The notes under the pieces were generated by a model. It had not been told where the DNA came from and did no database searches. It was given only the letters and a program-made list of their open reading frames with translations. Below, piece after piece: positions 38,426-48,415 of a stretch of DNA of 64,000 nucleotides (the stretch's first letter is position 1; every line of letters starts with the position of its first letter). Source of the stretch: Elusimicrobiota bacterium (GTDB taxonomy: Bacteria > Elusimicrobiota > Elusimicrobia > UBA1565). A program made the position numbers and the translations under genes. The stretch is from positions 32,001 through 96,000 of the forward strand of contig JBDRPD010000034.1 of the NCBI GenBank assembly GCA_043827405.1, given 5' to 3'.

Positions 38426-40086
38426 CGGGGCGGCGGGGAGCGGGGCTGCTGCTGGCGATCGCGGCGACGGCGTTGTTCCTGCGCTGGACGGGAATCGACT
38501 ACGGCCTGCCGCAGGTCTTTAATTCGGACGAGCCGCATCATGTCAGCGTCGCGGTTTCCTTCGGGCGAGGGAGCCTCGATCCCGGGGTGTTTAAGTATCC
38601 GACGCTGTGGATGTACGTGCTGTTCGCCGCCTATGGCGTCTATTTTCTGCTGTGGTCGGGGCTCGGCCTGCTGCATTCCGCGCGCGAGTTCGGCGAGCTG
38701 TTCGTGCGCGATCCGGCCGGGTTCTATCTGCTTGCGCGCGCGCTGGCCGCCGCCCTTTCACTGGCGGCGGTCTATGCGGTCTATCGCGCGGGCGAAAAAC
38801 GGATCGGTTTGTGGGCGGGGGCGCTGCTCGCCGTTTCGCCGACCTTGATCGTGTCGGCGCACGCGGCCAAGCCGGAATCGCTGATGCTGCTGTGGTCCGC
38901 GCTGGCCTTCGGCTGCGCGCTGCGCTATCTGACGGGAGGGCGCGAACGCATGCTGTGGCTGTGCGGCGCCGGCGTCGGGCTGGCGGTCTCCACGCAGTAT
39001 AATGCGGCGCCCCTGGCGGCGCTGGTCCCCGCGGCCTGGTGGGCGCGCCGGATCGCCGGCGGGAAGTCCGCGCGGCGGCCGGGAGCGAAAGAGTGGGCGG
39101 AGTTGGCGCGGGCGGCGGCCTGGATTCCGGCGGCTTTTCTTCTGGGCTCTCCGTATGTGCTGCTGAACTGGAGCGCATTTTACCGCGATGCCCTCGACCA
39201 TATGATGCTTAACGCCCTCGGCCGCCCGGCCGGCGGCATCGTGCTCTACAATGCCGCCCGCTTCGCCGGCCAAGCGGCGGTCGGCGCCGTCCTGCTCCTC
39301 GCCGGCGCCTGGCACCTCGCGCGCCATGACCGTCCGCGGGCCGTGGTGCTGCTCGTCCCGACCGCATGCGTTTTGCTCGGCATCGGATTGGCGCCGGAAG
39401 GCTATTGGGAGCGCTATCTGCTGGCGGCGTATCCGGCGCTGGCGCTGATCGCCGCTTATGGCGTGGAGGCGGCCGCGGCGCGCGTCAAGCGCATACCTCT
39501 CGACGACCGCGCCGTCCGGGCGGTGGTGGCGGCCGGCCTTATGCTTCCCGGCGCGCTGCAGTCGCATGCCCATAATCGCGCGCTGCTCCTGCCGGATACG
39601 CGGACGCTGTCGACCCAGTGGGTCGAGCATCATATCCCGCCGGGGGCATCTGTCCTGATCGATCAGGATCATGCCTCGCCGCGCCTGGGCTATAGCCGGG
39701 CGCAGGCGGAAGAGCTGCTGGAAACGACGCGCGCCGCCGGACATCCGCGCGCGGCCTACTACCGGCTCATGGTCAGCGGCCATCCGGGGGGCGGCTACCG
39801 GGTGCAGCAGATTCTGCGGGATTACGCCGACCTCCATTCGGGCGGCTGGCACACGTCATGGTCCGCGCAGGGCCGGAGCATGATCGATGTGCGGCCCGGT
39901 CTGCAGGCGGCGCGCGCCGCCGGGGTGGAATATGTCGTTTTGACCAGTTTTGGGGCCCGGCTCGACCGGTCGCCCGAGCTTGTGAGTTTCCTGCGCGAGA
40001 CGGAGCTGCGCGGGACGCTGCTGAAGGAGTTCCGCGGCATCCCGGGCGTAACGTCCGGGCCGAGAATCCGCATCTATCGCATATAG
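38422..40086 (+). CDS. GT-C (GT39-like) membrane glycosyltransferase
   Basis: LRWTGIDYGLP...SDE, PGVFKYP, SP.....AH.AKPE, GSPY, ERYLL...P, DTR. Confidence 0.8.
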   Translation: MTGRRGAGLLLAIAATALFLRWTGIDYGLPQVFNSDEPHHVSVAVSFGRGSLDPGVFKYPTLWMYVLFAAYGVYFLLWSGLGLLHSAREFGELFVRDPAGFYLLARALAAALSLAAVYAVYRAGEKRIGLWAGALLAVSPTLIVSAHAAKPESLMLLWSALAFGCALRYLTGGRERMLWLCGAGVGLAVSTQYNAAPLAALVPAAWWARRIAGGKSARRPGAKEWAELARAAAWIPAAFLLGSPYVLLNWSAFYRDALDHMMLNALGRPAGGIVLYNAARFAGQAAVGAVLLLAGAWHLARHDRPRAVVLLVPTACVLLGIGLAPEGYWERYLLAAYPALALIAAYGVEAAAARVKRIPLDDRAVRAVVAAGLMLPGALQSHAHNRALLLPDTRTLSTQWVEHHIPPGASVLIDQDHASPRLGYSRAQAEELLETTRAAGHPRAAYYRLMVSGHPGGGYRVQQILRDYADLHSGGWHTSWSAQGRSMIDVRPGLQAARAAGVEYVVLTSFGARLDRSPELVSFLRETELRGTLLKEFRGIPGVTSGPRIRIYRI

Positions 40087-40095
40087 GACGCGCCG

Positions 40096-40851
40096 ATGAA
40101 GGGAGAAAATAAAGTTATCGTGGTGCTTCCCGCCTACAACGCGGAGAAGACGCTGGAGAAAACGATTCGCGACATCCCGCCGGGCTCCGTCGACGAGATG
40201 ATTTTGGTCGACGACTGCTCCATGGACGGCACGGTGGAGCTGTCGCGCCGGCTGGGGCTGACAACGATCGTCCATGAAAAGAATATCGGATACGGCGGCA
40301 ACCAAAAGACCTGCTACCGGGAAGCGCTCAAGCGCGGCGCCGACATCGTTATCATGATCCACCCGGACTATCAATACGACTCGCGGGTGACGCCGTTTTT
40401 GTCCGGGCTGATCATCAACGACGTCGCGGATTTCGTGCTCGGCAATCGTATCCGTACCCGGCGGGAGGCGCTGGCTGGCGGCATGCCCGTATGGAAGTAT
40501 GTGGCCAACAGGCTGCTGACGGCCTTCGAGAACCTGTTTGCCGGACAAAATCTCGGGGAGTGGCATTCCGGTCTGCGCGCGTATTCGCGCGAGATCCTTG
40601 AGACCATTCCTTGGGAGAAGAACTCGGACGACTTCGTGTTCGATCAGCAGTTTCTGCACCAGGCCGCATATCTCGGCTTCCGTATGGGCGATATCCCGGT
40701 TGCCGCCCGGTATTTTGCCGAAGCGTCATCGATCAACTTCCGCCGCAGCGTGGTCTACGGGCTGAGCTCGCTGGGGGTCATGTTCTGGGTGCTGGTCGCG
40801 CGCTGCGGATTATGGACGCATCCCATACTGCGGTCCGTTAAAACGCGATGA
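40096..40851 (+). CDS. GT2 DPM-synthase-like glycosyltransferase
   Basis: [58 protein letters not shown]. Confidence 0.92.
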   Translation: MKGENKVIVVLPAYNAEKTLEKTIRDIPPGSVDEMILVDDCSMDGTVELSRRLGLTTIVHEKNIGYGGNQKTCYREALKRGADIVIMIHPDYQYDSRVTPFLSGLIINDVADFVLGNRIRTRREALAGGMPVWKYVANRLLTAFENLFAGQNLGEWHSGLRAYSREILETIPWEKNSDDFVFDQQFLHQAAYLGFRMGDIPVAARYFAEASSINFRRSVVYGLSSLGVMFWVLVARCGLWTHPILRSVKTR

Positions 40852-42854
40852 AAAGAGCGCTGCCGGGCATCTTCGCCGGATTTATCCTGCTGCTCGCGGT
40901 GCATCTTTGCCTATCGTATTTCAGCGGGGCGGTCGCCGGCGGGCTGATCTCGGCCGCCATGTTCGCGCTGGTGTTTCTGACGGCGGCCGCTGGCGGGCGC
41001 ATCCTGCTGCGGCTGTTCGCCGTGCGCGGAATCAGCGAGTCCGAGAAGACCTTGATCGGCGCCACGCTGGGCCTGGGGCTACTGACGCAGGCGATGCTGC
41101 TCATCGGCATGGCGGGAGTCCTTAAGCCGTGGGCTGTTTCGCTCCTGCTGGGACTGTTCTGGATTATCGGCTTCACTGAAATGCGGGATCTGCTCCGGTC
41201 GCTTACGTCGAACCTGAGCTTGCTGCGGGACCGGCCCGTGCTCTCGGGCGGGATTCTGCTGCTGTTGGCGGTCTTGTTCTGCCTGACCTGGGTCCCGCCG
41301 CATCACTACGATTCCCTGGTCTATCACCTCGCCCTGCCGTCGGCCTATATTCGCGCCGGCCGGATTTTCACGGTCCCGCATCTGCTGTACTCGCATTTTC
41401 CGCAGAACGGCGAGATGCTCTATACGCTGGCGCTGCTGCTGGGGTCGGATGTTCTGGCTCAGATGTTCACTTGGCTGGGCACCTTTTTAAGCGTGTGGTG
41501 GCTCTTTGAGATGGGCAAGCACGAGCTCCCGATCGTCGTCGTGCTCGGCGCCTGCCTGCTGACGGTCACGCATACGGCGGTCATGCTGCTGACGCCGACG
41601 GCTTATGTGGAGTGCCTGGTGATGCTGTGGCTTACGGCGTCGGTGCTTTCTTTTCTGCGCTGGCGCATGGATTCCGATATCGAAGTCTCCCAGCGGGGCT
41701 GGCTGGCGATGGCGGGCGTGTTCGCGGGCTTGGGGGTGGGTACCAAATATTACGCCGGCATCTGTCCCGCCCTGATCGCCCTGTACCTCGCGACGCAGTG
41801 GCTGCGCATGCGGCCGTGGTCCCAAGGCGGGACCTATGTGCGCGGCCGCCTTTGGGACGCGGCGGCGTTCTGCGCGCCGGCACTGCTGTTCGGCGCGCCC
41901 TGGCTGGTCAAGAACGCCGTGGTGGTCGGCAATCCCGTTTTCCCTTTTCTCTACGACGTGCTTCCGCCCCGGGGGATCGCTTGGGGGGTGACGAACGCTG
42001 AACGGTACTTCGGTTTCCTGGTGGAATACGGCCATGCGCGGGGCGCGTTTCTTAAGGACCTGCTGCAGTTCCCCTATCTGGCCGCGGCGGGATCGACGCG
42101 CTTCGGCGGCGGCGCCGATGTCCTGGGAAATCTGGGCTGGGGGCTTGTTTTTGCGGCCTTGCCGGCGACGGTGTGGGCCGCCTGGGGCAACCGGTTTCTC
42201 CGCTGGGCGCTGTTCTACTGTCTGGCGCATTGGCTGATCTGGTTCAATACGGGCGTGGTCATGCGCTTTTTGACCGTCCTGGTGCCTCTGCTCAGCCTGC
42301 TGACGGCGCATGGTCTTTACAAGGTCTGGCAGCGTCTGGGGACCGCCGGCCGGGCGACTCTTGGGACCGGGGTCGCGGTGCTGGTCGGCACAAATCTCGC
42401 GCTTTTTCTGTATGTGAATGCGCTGTTCGACAGCTTGCCGCTGCTGGTCGGCCTGAAGTCGCGCCGCGAGTATCTGGCCCAGAAGCTGGACTACTATCCC
42501 TGCGCGCGCCGCGCCCGGGGACTTTTGGGCGAAAATGATAAGATTCTCGTCGTCGGAGAACAGCGGGGCTACTATGTGCCGCAGCCGCACGTAACGACCA
42601 CCCCGATGGCGCCCAACCGCTTCGTGCGTATCGCCAATGAGTCGGCGGACGACGGCGAGCTCCGGCGGACGCTCAAAAAGGAGGGGTTCCGGTATATGCT
42701 TTTCGTCCCGCGCGAGGCTCGACGGCTCAATGCCGGCTGGGGCGTATTTCATTTCAGCGAACGGGGGCGTGAGAACTGGACCGCGCTGGAGAAAGACGGC
42801 CTGGAGACCCTGTTTGACGTTAAGGGGCGGTGCGGCTTGTACCGGATATTATGA
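40848..42854 (+). CDS. GT-C-like multi-pass membrane protein (probable glycosyltransferase)
   Basis: [31 protein letters not shown]....GNPVFP, RFL; more than 12 TM helices. Confidence 0.75.
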   Translation: MKRALPGIFAGFILLLAVHLCLSYFSGAVAGGLISAAMFALVFLTAAAGGRILLRLFAVRGISESEKTLIGATLGLGLLTQAMLLIGMAGVLKPWAVSLLLGLFWIIGFTEMRDLLRSLTSNLSLLRDRPVLSGGILLLLAVLFCLTWVPPHHYDSLVYHLALPSAYIRAGRIFTVPHLLYSHFPQNGEMLYTLALLLGSDVLAQMFTWLGTFLSVWWLFEMGKHELPIVVVLGACLLTVTHTAVMLLTPTAYVECLVMLWLTASVLSFLRWRMDSDIEVSQRGWLAMAGVFAGLGVGTKYYAGICPALIALYLATQWLRMRPWSQGGTYVRGRLWDAAAFCAPALLFGAPWLVKNAVVVGNPVFPFLYDVLPPRGIAWGVTNAERYFGFLVEYGHARGAFLKDLLQFPYLAAAGSTRFGGGADVLGNLGWGLVFAALPATVWAAWGNRFLRWALFYCLAHWLIWFNTGVVMRFLTVLVPLLSLLTAHGLYKVWQRLGTAGRATLGTGVAVLVGTNLALFLYVNALFDSLPLLVGLKSRREYLAQKLDYYPCARRARGLLGENDKILVVGEQRGYYVPQPHVTTTPMAPNRFVRIANESADDGELRRTLKKEGFRYMLFVPREARRLNAGWGVFHFSERGRENWTALEKDGLETLFDVKGRCGLYRIL

Positions 42855-43894
42855 TGCCCGAGCTGTCCCAAAAGTGGCTGTATATCATCGCCGTTCTGAT
42901 CGCTTTCGTTCTGTCCGTCTGCGCCACCCCGCTCGTGCGCCTCGCCGCCGTTAAGATGGGCTGGTACGATACGCCGGAGAGCGAGATCAAGACGCATAAG
43001 GTGGCGACGCCGTCCTTGGGCGGCGTCGCGATATGGATCGCTTTTGCCGGGACTTTGGTCGCGATGCGGTTTCTGACCAACTTTCCCACCGGCACGCTGT
43101 ACCGGCTGCGCGCGATCCTGATCGGCGGCGGGCTGGTCTTCCTGCTGGGGATAGTCGACGACCTGCGCAAGCCGCAGGGGCTCGGCTGGAAGAGCAAGTT
43201 CGTCGTGCAAATCGCGGCGGCCGCGCTGCTGGTGCATTTCGGCATTGAAATACGCTTTATCCAGCCCCATAATCTCGGCGTGATTCTGACGATCCTGTGG
43301 GTCGTCGGCATCTGCAACGCTTTCAATATCATCGATATCATGGACGGCCTGGCGTCGAGTCAGGCGGTGGTGGCCTCCCTGGGCTTTCTTCTGATCGCGC
43401 TGCCGTCTGAGGATATCTACGTCAACTTCGGGGCGGCGGCGCTGGTGGGCGCGGCGCTGGGTTTTTTCCCGTGGAACATGTCGTCGCGCTACAAGATCTT
43501 CATGGGGGACTCCGGTTCCCTGCTTTTGGGTTTCGTGCTGGCGGCGCTGGCGCTGGGCACCGACTATACGCAAGTCAACCCCTTCGGCTACTACGCGCCG
43601 ATCTTCATCCTCCTGGTGCCGATCTTCGACACCCTGTACGTGATGGTCATCCGCATGATGCGGGGACGGTCCCCGTTTTTAGGCTCGAAGGACCATTTCG
43701 CGCTGCGGCTGGAGCGCATGGGCCTCAACCGGCTGCAGGTGGTGCTGCTTAGCCTGCTGGCGGCGGTTTTTCTTACCGTATGCGCCTGGCTGGTTACCAT
43801 AGTCGGCACGATGTGGGCGATCCTTATCTACTTTGTGGTCGGGTCCTGGGTGGCCATTCTGTCCTGGCATTTGTCGAAGGTGGATATGCGATGA
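42851..43894 (+). CDS. MraY/WecA-family polyprenyl-phosphate sugar-1-phosphate transferase
   Basis: K.H...TP.LGG.AI, GIVDD, NAFNIIDIMDGLA, KIFMGDSGS, PIFDT. Confidence 0.9.
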   Translation: MMPELSQKWLYIIAVLIAFVLSVCATPLVRLAAVKMGWYDTPESEIKTHKVATPSLGGVAIWIAFAGTLVAMRFLTNFPTGTLYRLRAILIGGGLVFLLGIVDDLRKPQGLGWKSKFVVQIAAAALLVHFGIEIRFIQPHNLGVILTILWVVGICNAFNIIDIMDGLASSQAVVASLGFLLIALPSEDIYVNFGAAALVGAALGFFPWNMSSRYKIFMGDSGSLLLGFVLAALALGTDYTQVNPFGYYAPIFILLVPIFDTLYVMVIRMMRGRSPFLGSKDHFALRLERMGLNRLQVVLLSLLAAVFLTVCAWLVTIVGTMWAILIYFVVGSWVAILSWHLSKVDMR

Positions 43895-45249
43895 TCCATA
43901 CCGAGGTGCTGATTCTCGGCGCCGGGCTGGCGGGCCTGTCCACGGCCCATCATCTTGATCGTCTGGGCCGCAAGGGCCGGTATCTGATCGTCGAGAAGGA
44001 AAATGCGGTCGGCGGCCGGGCCGGATCCATGAAGCGGGACGGTTTCATTTTCGACCATACAGGCCACCTCCTGCACCTGCATGATCCGTACGGGAAAAGG
44101 CTGATCATGCGGCTGCTGCGCGGTAACCTCGCCCTGCACGAGCGATCAAACTGGATCTACTCGCACGGAGCCTTTACGCGCTATCCCTTCCAGGCGAACA
44201 CCTATGGGCTGCCGGTAAATGTCGTGGCCGAATGCGTGGGGGGCTTTGTCCGCAGCGCTTACCAGTGCCGGCGCCTGGGCGCCGACCCGTCCTTTCAGGA
44301 GTGGTGTCTGAAAACCTTCGGCTCCGGGATCTCGAAGCATTTCATGTTTCCCTACAACCGCAAGCTGTGGCGGATGCGGCTCTCCGATATGACGACCGAA
44401 TGGCAGGGGGCGTTTTTGCCGCGGCCGAAAGCCGACGAGGTACTTTACGGGGCGCTGAACGACCAAAAGAAGTTTTTCGGCTATAACGCGCACTTTCGTT
44501 ATCCCGTCCGCGGCGGGTGTCAGGTTCTGCCCGATGCCTTGGCGGCCAAAGTATCGAATATCCGGCTCGGCAGTCCGGTGCAATCTGTCGATCTGCGCGA
44601 GCGGACGGCCGTCGTCGCCGGCGTCGGGGAAGTGCGCTACGAGCGGCTGGTCAATACCCTGCCGCTGGTCGATTTCCTGGATTTGGCCTCGCCGCTGCCG
44701 GCCGCCGTGCGGTCCGCCCGATCCGACCTCCGCTACGTTTCCGTCTATAACTTAAACATCGGAATTCGGCGCGGCGGCATTTCGGACAAGCATTGGGTTT
44801 ACTTCCCCGGGAACCGGGAGGTTTTCTACCGCGCGGGCTTTACCAGCAATTTTTCGCCGCATCTGGCGCCCCGGAAAACGACGTCCATGTATATCGAGGT
44901 CGCGCGCCGCCCCGGGAGCCGGGTGAATCTTGACCGGCTGGAGCGGCAGTGCCTGGACGGCCTGCGCGGGTGCGGTATTTTGCGGGGCGCAGACAAGCTG
45001 GCCGCGCGGCTGTGGATTCCCATCCCCTGCGCCTATGTCGTCTACGACCGCCGCCGCACCGCCGCCCTCGGGCGCATCTTTCCGCACCTCGCAGCGCGCG
45101 GCGTCGCCTCGATCGGACGCTGGGGCGGCTGGAAGTATTCGTTCATGGAAGAGGCCGTCATGGACGGCCTGCGCTGCGCGCAGCGGCTGCTTGGGCGTCG
45201 AGTCAAGGGCGATATGTCCATGGACCGCCCTCTCGTCGCGCTGAAGTGA
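43891..45249 (+). CDS. FAD-dependent oxidoreductase (HemY-like / pyranose mutase-like)
   Basis: ILGAGLAGL, EKE..VGG, FD.TGH, FPYNRKLW, FRYP..GG, FYR, AYVVYD, GRWGGWKY..ME. Confidence 0.8.
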   Translation: MIHTEVLILGAGLAGLSTAHHLDRLGRKGRYLIVEKENAVGGRAGSMKRDGFIFDHTGHLLHLHDPYGKRLIMRLLRGNLALHERSNWIYSHGAFTRYPFQANTYGLPVNVVAECVGGFVRSAYQCRRLGADPSFQEWCLKTFGSGISKHFMFPYNRKLWRMRLSDMTTEWQGAFLPRPKADEVLYGALNDQKKFFGYNAHFRYPVRGGCQVLPDALAAKVSNIRLGSPVQSVDLRERTAVVAGVGEVRYERLVNTLPLVDFLDLASPLPAAVRSARSDLRYVSVYNLNIGIRRGGISDKHWVYFPGNREVFYRAGFTSNFSPHLAPRKTTSMYIEVARRPGSRVNLDRLERQCLDGLRGCGILRGADKLAARLWIPIPCAYVVYDRRRTAALGRIFPHLAARGVASIGRWGGWKYSFMEEAVMDGLRCAQRLLGRRVKGDMSMDRPLVALK

Positions 45250-46304
45250 GGCGGGCGCTCCCCCTTATCATTTTCGCCGGCGCGCTGGCCGCTTGCGGGC
45301 GCGGCGGCGAGAAGTCCTGGCCGGAGGTCCCGCTCACGGGTGAACGCGTGTCGGTGATGACCTTCAATGTCGAAAACCTGTTCGATGCGCGGCACGATTC
45401 CGGCAAGTCCGATCACGCCTTTCTCCCGCTCAGCGCCAAGCGAACGAAAGCGCATGCCGCGAGCTGCCGCGGGGTGCGCCAAGAGCTGTGGCGCGAGCAG
45501 TGCCTGCACTGGGACTGGTCTGAAAAGACGCTGCGCACCAAGCTCGCGCGGCTGGCGGGGGTCATCCTCTCGGTCGGCGGCGGACGCGGTCCGGATATTC
45601 TGATCCTGCAGGAAGTCGAGAACGCCCGGGTGCTGGAGCTGCTGCGCGCACAGCTGGCGCCCGCCGGTTATCGGCCGGGCATTCTCGTCGCGGGCGACGA
45701 TCCGCGAGGGATCGACGTCGCCGTGCTCGCGCGCTTGCCGGCTATCGGGGAACCGGTCCTGCACGCGATGCCGCGCCGGGGCCTGCGCGGCATTCTGCAG
45801 GCGGCATTCAAGCTGCCCGGCGGCAGGGAGCTCGCGGTCTTCGCCGTGCATTTGCCCGCGCCCACCCAGGCCCGGGATCTGCGTCTGGCGGCGCTGGAGG
45901 AGCTTAACCGTCTTCAGGCGCGGCTCCCCGACGGCCGAATGGCGGTCGCGGCGGGAGACTTCAACTTCCCGGCCGACGAGGACGCGGCCTACGGCGTTCT
46001 CGAGCGCTACGTGCGTCCGCGCTGGCTCGTCTCGCACCGCTTCGGCTGCGCCGGGTGCCGGGGCACGAACTACTACCCGCCCAAGGAGCAGTGGTCGTTC
46101 TTGGACATGATCCTGCTGTCGAAGAATCTGCATCCCAGCGGCGGCGCGCCCTGGGTGGTGCTGCGTGATTCCGTGCGGGTGATCGACGGCGCACCGCAGC
46201 AAAAGAATCGCTACGGCAGCCCGGCGCGCTTCGAGCCGGCATTCGGAACGGGCGTGTCGGATCACTGGCCGCTCGTGCTGACGCTGGCGGAGCGCGCGTC
46301 TTAG
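45246..46304 (+). CDS. Endonuclease/exonuclease/phosphatase-family lipoprotein
   Basis: Lipobox LAAC; FNVENLFD, LQEVEN, RGIDVA, GDFN, LD.I, SDHWP; GTG start overlapping the upstream stop. Confidence 0.88.
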   Translation: MRRALPLIIFAGALAACGRGGEKSWPEVPLTGERVSVMTFNVENLFDARHDSGKSDHAFLPLSAKRTKAHAASCRGVRQELWREQCLHWDWSEKTLRTKLARLAGVILSVGGGRGPDILILQEVENARVLELLRAQLAPAGYRPGILVAGDDPRGIDVAVLARLPAIGEPVLHAMPRRGLRGILQAAFKLPGGRELAVFAVHLPAPTQARDLRLAALEELNRLQARLPDGRMAVAAGDFNFPADEDAAYGVLERYVRPRWLVSHRFGCAGCRGTNYYPPKEQWSFLDMILLSKNLHPSGGAPWVVLRDSVRVIDGAPQQKNRYGSPARFEPAFGTGVSDHWPLVLTLAERAS

Positions 46305-46305
46305 G

Positions 46306-46707
46306 CTAGCTGGTCAGCTGCGCGTAGGCTTTCTGGATCGCTTTTGCTTTCTGTTCGGCCAGGCGGCGGAACTCGGCGCCCAGGTGCTGTACCTTGTCGG
46401 GATGGTATTTCGCCATCTCGCGCCGGTAGGCTTCTTTGATGTCCTGCGCGGCGGCATCGGGGGAGACGCCCAGCAGTTTGTAGGGGTCGCGCGGGAGCTC
46501 CTCTTCGGGCGGCGCGGCGGGCGCCTGCGCGCGCCGGCCGCCGGGTCCGGTGCGGACCTGTTTGCGCAGGGCCTCAACGGCGAGGTAGATGGCCAGTACG
46601 GCCACGAAGATGTCGTCGATCCAGCCGACCACGCCCAAAAAGTCGCCGTCGAAGGGCATGACGACATAGATGAACCCGGCGAGGAGGATGAGGAGGGGCC
46701 TGTTCAT
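46306..46707 (-). CDS. DUF1232-like membrane segment fused to a C-terminal J-domain
   Basis: YVVMPFDGDFLGVVGWIDD then DPYKLLGV...IKEAYR....YHPDK...AY. Confidence 0.85.
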   Translation of the reverse strand: MNRPLLILLAGFIYVVMPFDGDFLGVVGWIDDIFVAVLAIYLAVEALRKQVRTGPGGRRAQAPAAPPEEELPRDPYKLLGVSPDAAAQDIKEAYRREMAKYHPDKVQHLGAEFRRLAEQKAKAIQKAYAQLTS

Positions 46708-46724
46708 CAGCCGGCGCAGCAGGG

Positions 46725-47600
46725 TCAGATCCTCACCCCCTTGAGCAGCGCCCGCAGGCGGCGGCGGTTTTCCTTCGTGATGGGCGTTAGCGGCGCCCGC
46801 GGTTCGCCCGCGCACAGGCCGGCCATCTCCGCCGCGGCTTTCACCGGGATGGGATTGGTTTCAATAAATAAGCCTTTGATGATGGGAAACAGCTGGTGGT
46901 GCAGGCGCCGCGCCGTTTTGAAGTCGCCCTTGAGGGCCGCCGCGCACATGCGCGCGTTCTCGCGCGGCAGGATATTGGATACGACGCTGATGCCGCCTTT
47001 GCCGCCGATGCTCATCATCGGCACCGTCAGCGCGTCGTCTCCCGACAGGACGGTGAAGCCCGCGGGGCAGAGGCTCATGATCTCGCTCGCCTGATCCAGC
47101 GAGCCCGAGGCCTCTTTGGTCGCCGTGATGTTGCGGCAGGACTTGGCGAGGCGGGCGAGCGTCGCGGGCTGGAGATTAATGCCGGTGCGCCCGGGGATAT
47201 TGTAGACGACGATCGGTATGCGCACCGCCTGCGCGACCGCCCGGAAGTGCCGGTACAAGCCTTCCTGGGTGGGCTTGTTGTAGTAGGGGACGAGTACGAG
47301 CAGCGCGTCCGCGCCCCAGGATTCGACCTGGCGGCTGGCGGCCACGGCCTTCTCGGTTGAGTTGGTGCCGACGCCGGGGATTACCGGGATGCGGCCGCCG
47401 GCTTCCTCGACGGTGATCTCGATCACCCGGCGGTATTCCGCGTCGCGCAGCGTCGCCGCCTCCCCCGTCGAGCCGCAGGGGACGAGCCCGTTGGTGCCGG
47501 CGCGCAGCTGGCGGCGGATGAGCCGGCGCAGCGCGGGCTCGTCCAGCTTGTCGTTTTTGAACGGCGTGATCAGCGCGGTGATAGAGCCTTGAATCTTCAT
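46725..47600 (-). CDS. dapA: 4-hydroxy-tetrahydrodipicolinate synthase
   Basis: ALITPF, GSTGE, PYYNKP, YNIPGRTG, KEASG, LSGDD, ETNPIPVK. Confidence 0.96.
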   Translation of the reverse strand: MKIQGSITALITPFKNDKLDEPALRRLIRRQLRAGTNGLVPCGSTGEAATLRDAEYRRVIEITVEEAGGRIPVIPGVGTNSTEKAVAASRQVESWGADALLVLVPYYNKPTQEGLYRHFRAVAQAVRIPIVVYNIPGRTGINLQPATLARLAKSCRNITATKEASGSLDQASEIMSLCPAGFTVLSGDDALTVPMMSIGGKGGISVVSNILPRENARMCAAALKGDFKTARRLHHQLFPIIKGLFIETNPIPVKAAAEMAGLCAGEPRAPLTPITKENRRRLRALLKGVRI

Positions 47601-48415
47601 AGACATATCTCTCCTTCGTAGATGATGCGGGCGGGGCCCTCGAGCCGGATATCGTCAAACCGGTCTTGCGGAAGCTTCTTGAAGCGGACGGTCAGCGTAT
47701 CTCCGCTTTTTGTTACGACGCTGATCGGGGAATTCTTACCCGTCCAGACGGCGGTCAGCAGGGCGGCCGCGGCGGCGCCGGAGCCGCAGGCCAGCGTTTC
47801 GTCTTCCACGCCCCGCTCATAGGTGCGGATGTGCAGCCGGCCTCGTTCGACGCCGATGAAATTAATATTAGCTCCCGCCGGCCGGAAGACCGGATGGCGG
47901 CGCAGCGCGCGGCCGACCGGTACTACGGGATAGCCGGCCAAGCGCCGGAAGTCCAGGCGCAGGACGGCGTGCGGCACTCCGATATGCAGCGCGCCGAGGA
48001 CATAGCTGCGGCCGCGGACGCAGGCACGCAGGCGCGGGCGCAGTCCCGAGGCGGCCGGCATGGAGACGCTCGCGCGCGCGGCGCCGCGGACGCGGCAGGC
48101 GAGGAGACCCGCCGAGGTGGTGAGCGGGAAAGATGCGCCGGCGCCGCCCCGGAGCCGCAGCCAGACGGCCGCGCAGCGCGTGCCGTTGCCGCAGAAGGCG
48201 CGCGAGCCGTCGGCGTTGTAATAGTCGAGTTCGGCCGGCCGGCGGTCGTCGGCCCGGCGGACCAGCAGCAGTCCGTCGGCCCCGGCGGAGACCCGCCGAG
48301 CGCACAGCCGGCGCGCCAGCGCGCCGCCGGCGCGCCGGCCGTTCAGCCGGGCGCGGTCAATCAGGATGAAGTCGTTGCCGGCGCCGGAGAGCTTGGCGAA
48401 GGGGATGCGCTTCAT
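47597..48415 (-). CDS. dapF: Diaminopimelate epimerase
   Basis: GAGNDF, GADG, NADGS..FCGNGTRC, GVPH, YERGVEDETLACGSG. Confidence 0.95.
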   Translation of the reverse strand: MKRIPFAKLSGAGNDFILIDRARLNGRRAGGALARRLCARRVSAGADGLLLVRRADDRRPAELDYYNADGSRAFCGNGTRCAAVWLRLRGGAGASFPLTTSAGLLACRVRGAARASVSMPAASGLRPRLRACVRGRSYVLGALHIGVPHAVLRLDFRRLAGYPVVPVGRALRRHPVFRPAGANINFIGVERGRLHIRTYERGVEDETLACGSGAAAAALLTAVWTGKNSPISVVTKSGDTLTVRFKKLPQDRFDDIRLEGPARIIYEGEICL

